This document shows, in pieces, positions 60,058 through 64,000 of a stretch of 64,000 bases of DNA. The stretch lies in NCBI GenBank assembly GCA_963706955.1, contig CAVPOC010000003.1, forward strand, positions 224,001 to 288,000. The letters are read 5' to 3'. The position numbers and the translations under genes are program-made. Source of the DNA: an uncultured Verrucomicrobiae bacterium (lineage in GTDB: Bacteria > Verrucomicrobiota > Verrucomicrobiia > Chthoniobacterales > Terrimicrobiaceae). Below the pieces are notes generated by a model, which made no database searches, was not told where the DNA came from, and saw only the letters and a list, made by a program, of their open reading frames with translations. Position 1 is the first letter of the stretch. Each line of letters begins with the position of its first letter.

Positions 60058-61422
60058 CTACTTAATGAGAGGGGCAAGGGAGTCGATCACGCCCTTGGCA
60101 CCGTCCTTGGCAGCATTTGGAAGATCCTCGATGAGGCGTCTGCCTTGATAGATGGTTTCATCGCGAACGGCGGCTGCCAGGCGGGAAGAGAGATCTTCCT
60201 GGGGATTTTGAAGCGAGCCGCCAATTCGAACGTCCGTCCAGACGTAGCCATTCTGGGCTACAGTGAAGACCCGCTCGCGCGAGCCCGGTAGCCATTGAAG
60301 AGTTTGGGGAGCAACGCCGACGCGAAGCGATCCATTGAGCCGTCCCCCTTCCGCGATGGTGCATGCTCCCTCGAGGCGCAAAAGCCCCTTCGATTCGGCC
60401 ACCAGGTTGGTAATCTTTAGAAGATTCCGGGTCCATTCATAGTTTCCTGAGAGTTCCTGAAGGGGCATCCTCCGAAACTGCGGGGCTCCCGTGAAGGTGG
60501 CCACCTGGTCGAGCATCTCGATGTTTTCGGCGACGCCATCGGTCAGCCGAAAATTTCCGACCGCCCTACCGGCGGTGATGCCGGATTCGGGCCAGTCGAT
60601 CGAGGCGCTGCCGGCTAGGAAGCCATCGAGACGCGAGCGCCACGGCTCCTCGAGAAATGGGTCGATATCGACCTGGCTCCATTCGACGCGAAGCTTCGAG
60701 TTATCGCTAAACTCGCCCGAAGCCGATATTTTGCCCGTCTCGCCAAGTCGAAATTCGCCGTTCGTGAGAAAGAACATGTCGCCTTGCGTTCGCGATCGAA
60801 AGCTAACCACCTTCAACGCAGGGAGTTTGGAGACCGAAAGAAGTCCTCCTTTGCCGTCGATTGCCCAACCCGCGCCGTCAGGATAGATATCCAAGGCGGT
60901 ATTCTGCAGGGAGGCCATTTCAGCGCCGCGTTGGCTGCGAAAATGAAGGCGAGCCCGCCCGATGTCGAGTTCGCCGACTTCAAAACGGGTCGGGAGCCAT
61001 GAGGCGATGCCCTTTCTTGGCGGCGGCCGTCGAGACACTTCCACCGATTCCTTTGGAACGATCGACCCGGGACGGAAGGTTGCGTCAAAACTGACGACTT
61101 GAATCTGGTCAACTCTCCAAGCACCTTGAAAAATCGCCCGCCAATTGACATCGGCCCGCACCTGATCGGCACGCAAGCTTTCCACGATAGAGCCTTCCAA
61201 GCCGGTAGCTTGGAGCGAATCAACAAACATCGAGGAACCAGACCACCGCAACGGGCTGAAGGTAGCGTCGGAGTAGAGCGCCTCCCCGGTCTTGGCCCCC
61301 ATCAGCTTGCGAAAGGCTTCGCTCCGCAGGAATCGACTGATCATCAGGGAAGCGGCCAAGGCGCTGAGGACGATGAGCACCAGCACCGACGCCAGAGAGA
61401 TCCAGAGCACTCGGCTGTTCAT
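60058..61422 (-). CDS. AsmA-like envelope protein
   Basis: N-terminal TM anchor, beta-rich body, C-terminal V.IGGSL.NP.EDL. Confidence 0.7.
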   Translation of the reverse strand: MNSRVLWISLASVLVLIVLSALAASLMISRFLRSEAFRKLMGAKTGEALYSDATFSPLRWSGSSMFVDSLQATGLEGSIVESLRADQVRADVNWRAIFQGAWRVDQIQVVSFDATFRPGSIVPKESVEVSRRPPPRKGIASWLPTRFEVGELDIGRARLHFRSQRGAEMASLQNTALDIYPDGAGWAIDGKGGLLSVSKLPALKVVSFRSRTQGDMFFLTNGEFRLGETGKISASGEFSDNSKLRVEWSQVDIDPFLEEPWRSRLDGFLAGSASIDWPESGITAGRAVGNFRLTDGVAENIEMLDQVATFTGAPQFRRMPLQELSGNYEWTRNLLKITNLVAESKGLLRLEGACTIAEGGRLNGSLRVGVAPQTLQWLPGSRERVFTVAQNGYVWTDVRIGGSLQNPQEDLSSRLAAAVRDETIYQGRRLIEDLPNAAKDGAKGVIDSLAPLIK

Positions 61423-61537
61423 GAGAAGCTGGAGCGAAGCTAGCCTAGAGAATGGCCGTCGCCAATAGTTGAAATGCGCCGTTAACGAAATAGGATTCTC
61501 AGGGAATGCAAGTCAGAGCCTGTATGTTGAGCCGCCC

Positions 61538-63331
61538 ATGAGCGCAACTGTCGCATCTGCCCCCGCTCGCAAGCAGATGATCTCCGAGCGCCAAAAGCGT
61601 TCGGCTGTTTGGCGACTGATCCACGTTTTCGGATCGCTGCAACTCGCGCTCATCCTGCTGGCTACCATCGCCATCGCCTGCGCAATTGCCACCTTCACTG
61701 AGTCAAATTTCAACACGAAGATCGCTCAAACCTACATTTACAAGGCGCCATGGTTTACCCTTTGGTTGGCTCTTCTATGCGTCAACCTCTTCGCGGTGAC
61801 CCTGACGCGTTGGCCTTGGCAGAAGAGGCACATCGGGTTTGTGGTCACTCATTACGGAATAATTACGCTCCTTCTCGGCGCGATGATCGGAACGCAAACC
61901 GGCTTCGAGGGCAACGTGACACTTCGCAAGAACGCTCCACCGGTAAATCGGATCACCACCAATCGAAGCATTATTCAGCTCGAAAGTCCGGCAGATTCCG
62001 CACTTTATCTCATGGGCTTTGACGCGGAGGCCACCCCTCCAACCGCGCGCCATCCACGAACGTTTCCGGTTCCAAAGACAGATCTCAAGGTGGTCGCGGA
62101 TGACTTCAGTCCAAACCTCGTCCGCGACCGGAGATTTGTTTCCGCAGAGGCAGCCGATGCCGGACCCGCGGTCCGTCTAAGTCTTTCCAGCAAGATGGCA
62201 GGCCAGACCGTCGACGTTCTTTTGTCGCTTTCGCCGGGTCAGGAAGCCGAGTCCGACTTTTTCGGGCTGGCTCGGATTTCTTTTCATCCTGAGTTGGCGC
62301 AACCCCCTTCCTCAAGTGCCCCTGAGACGCGGGTGATTTTTGCCCATTATGCGCCGATTAGCCAGACCGAGAGTCCATCCGACGTCATCGTGCGGCTGAG
62401 CGAAGATGGATCGAAGGTGACGATTCTGTCTAGTGAGGGATCAGGCGCCACCTATTTGCGCCGCGAGATCATGAATCGACCGATCACCGAGGCGGGCGCG
62501 ATCATTTTGGTAGAGAACTACTGGCCGGATTTCGTCATGAACGCGGGGCGTCCTGAAACGAAATCACAATCGCCGAACAACCCGGCAGCCCTGGTCCGCA
62601 TTTCCAAGTTGACCGAGCAAGGAGATGCCAAACCCTCCCTTCAACTTGCGCCGGCCGACGACGGGGTTGCCTATCAACTTCGACGCGGCGAACAAGTAAT
62701 CGGCAGCGGAAAGGCAAAGGTGGGGGAGTCCTTTGCGCTCGGCTGGGCCGACTGGCAAGCCGAGGTGATGCAATCTCTCGCCAAGGCCGAATTGATCACT
62801 GAAACCAAACCGAGGCCACCGCTCGCAAACGGGGAACACGGTTTGCCGGGCTTTCGCGCGCGGCTAGAATCCAGCGACGGCAAGCGGGGGCCTGATCGAT
62901 GGATCGAGTCAGGACAAGTCACTGCGTTGAGCGAAGGCAGCCGAGTCATCCGAATCGGCTACGGGCTTGAGACAAAGCCAATTCCTTTCACACTCCGATT
63001 GATCGACTTCCAAGTACCCCGCGACGAGGGAACCGATACTCCCTCCAACTTTCTGGCAACGATTGAGTTTCGAGATGCCAGCACGGGAGACAGCAAGACC
63101 GGGGTCGCCAGGATGAACCATCCTGCGAGCTTTCCGGGCACCCTCGCAGCGAACCTTACCGGTATTAACTACAAGTTCTCGCAGGCGGAGTGGAATCCGC
63201 GAAACCTGGAAGAAACCACCCTGCAAGTTCTTTACGATCCTGGCTGGCTCTTGAAATGGATTGGATCTCTTGGCATCTGCATCGGTATTGCAATCATGTT
63301 CTACTTGCGGCCTGGAGGCCAACGTGACTAA
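61538..63331 (+). CDS. ResB/Ccs1-like cytochrome c biogenesis protein
   Basis: SLQLA, IY.APWF, GFVVTH.G..LL.G, L.DF, MNHP, V.YDPG..W.G. Confidence 0.82.
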   Translation: MSATVASAPARKQMISERQKRSAVWRLIHVFGSLQLALILLATIAIACAIATFTESNFNTKIAQTYIYKAPWFTLWLALLCVNLFAVTLTRWPWQKRHIGFVVTHYGIITLLLGAMIGTQTGFEGNVTLRKNAPPVNRITTNRSIIQLESPADSALYLMGFDAEATPPTARHPRTFPVPKTDLKVVADDFSPNLVRDRRFVSAEAADAGPAVRLSLSSKMAGQTVDVLLSLSPGQEAESDFFGLARISFHPELAQPPSSSAPETRVIFAHYAPISQTESPSDVIVRLSEDGSKVTILSSEGSGATYLRREIMNRPITEAGAIILVENYWPDFVMNAGRPETKSQSPNNPAALVRISKLTEQGDAKPSLQLAPADDGVAYQLRRGEQVIGSGKAKVGESFALGWADWQAEVMQSLAKAELITETKPRPPLANGEHGLPGFRARLESSDGKRGPDRWIESGQVTALSEGSRVIRIGYGLETKPIPFTLRLIDFQVPRDEGTDTPSNFLATIEFRDASTGDSKTGVARMNHPASFPGTLAANLTGINYKFSQAEWNPRNLEETTLQVLYDPGWLLKWIGSLGICIGIAIMFYLRPGGQRD

Positions 63332-63346
63332 GCCGCTCCGCATCGG

Positions 63347-63365
63347 TTTGTAGCGGCGCTACAAA
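63347..63365. repeat. Minimal palindrome of two abutting REP ends
   Basis: TTTGTAGCG-g-CGCTACAAA. Confidence 0.55.
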
Positions 63366-63610
63366 GGACGCGTTGTTAGACAGGTATACTACTATCCATT
63401 ACCATCTTGTAGACAGTAGAGCCTTTCGACTGGCAGGTGCTCTCGCAAATGGCTAACTATTTCGGGTTGTGCGGTTCCTCTCGATGATCTCCTCGCTCAG
63501 GATTCCCCAATTCATGTCAGGCATTTTGACCGCCCGGCGTGGCTCCGCCTTCAAGAAGGTTCAACCGTGCCCTTGGCGAGGCTCCCCGAAGCTGGACGTC
63601 CTTCAGTCTC

Positions 63611-64000
63611 ATGAAAAAACTCATTAACAATCCCGAAAACGTCGTCACAGAAGCGCTCAAAGGAATGGAGTTGGCCTATCCGGACCTGATCAAGGTGCAA
63701 TACAACCCGAATTTCGTGATGCGCGCCGACGCGCCAGTGAGAGACAAAGTCGCGTTGATATCAGGGGGTGGAAGCGGGCATGAACCGATGCACGGAGGGT
63801 TTGTCGGCAAAGGCATGCTCGACGCCGCGTGTCCTGGTGCCGTCTTCACAAGCCCGACTCCTGATCAGATGCACGCCGCCACGAAGGCGGTCGCAGGCCA
63901 GAAGGGCGCTCTGCATATCGTGAAAAATTACACCGGTGATGTCATGAATTTCGAGCTCGCCGCCGAGATGCTGCGAGCCGAAGACATTCCGGTCGAAAGC
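63611..64000 (+). CDS. dhaK: Dihydroxyacetone kinase subunit K (3' truncated by window edge; not in the ORF track)
   Basis: [52 protein letters not shown]. Confidence 0.95.
   Translation, partial: MKKLINNPENVVTEALKGMELAYPDLIKVQYNPNFVMRADAPVRDKVALISGGGSGHEPMHGGFVGKGMLDAACPGAVFTSPTPDQMHAATKAVAGQKGALHIVKNYTGDVMNFELAAEMLRAEDIPVES

Overview
GC-rich bacterial window; gene content suggests Verrucomicrobiota, but that is inference. From left to right: (1) an oxidoreductase/cupin patch (1-4.1 kb); (2) a GH51 arabinofuranosidase plus sugar ABC operon; (3) a ~20 kb minus-strand sulfur-acquisition island with an Rrf2 regulator, two SsuABC/TauABC-like transporters, two sulfate-binding proteins, cysTWA, a sulfurtransferase, an AprA/SdhA-like flavoprotein with ferredoxin and HEAT protein, a rhodanese and a deleted clade-D carbonic anhydrase; (4) housekeeping genes (gnd, cls-like, recJ, recG, sigma54 regulator, xseB, dxs, glyQS, mtgA, can, ndk, resB-like, dhaK). 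The standout is recG. It is interrupted inside its helicase domain by a REP-associated tyrosine transposase (RAYT, HUH/Y1) domain bracketed by two 106-bp palindromic direct repeats that are both translated in the RecG frame. Apart from one extra base, of the type seen throughout this assembly, this reads as a single ~918-aa RecG-RAYT-RecG ORF. Free degenerate copies of the same palindrome and a second GTAG-type REP family are scattered through the window. A three-site candidate Rrf2 operator and a sigma54 promoter are also visible. About a dozen single-base frameshifts, nearly all +1, indicate sequencing/consensus indel errors.
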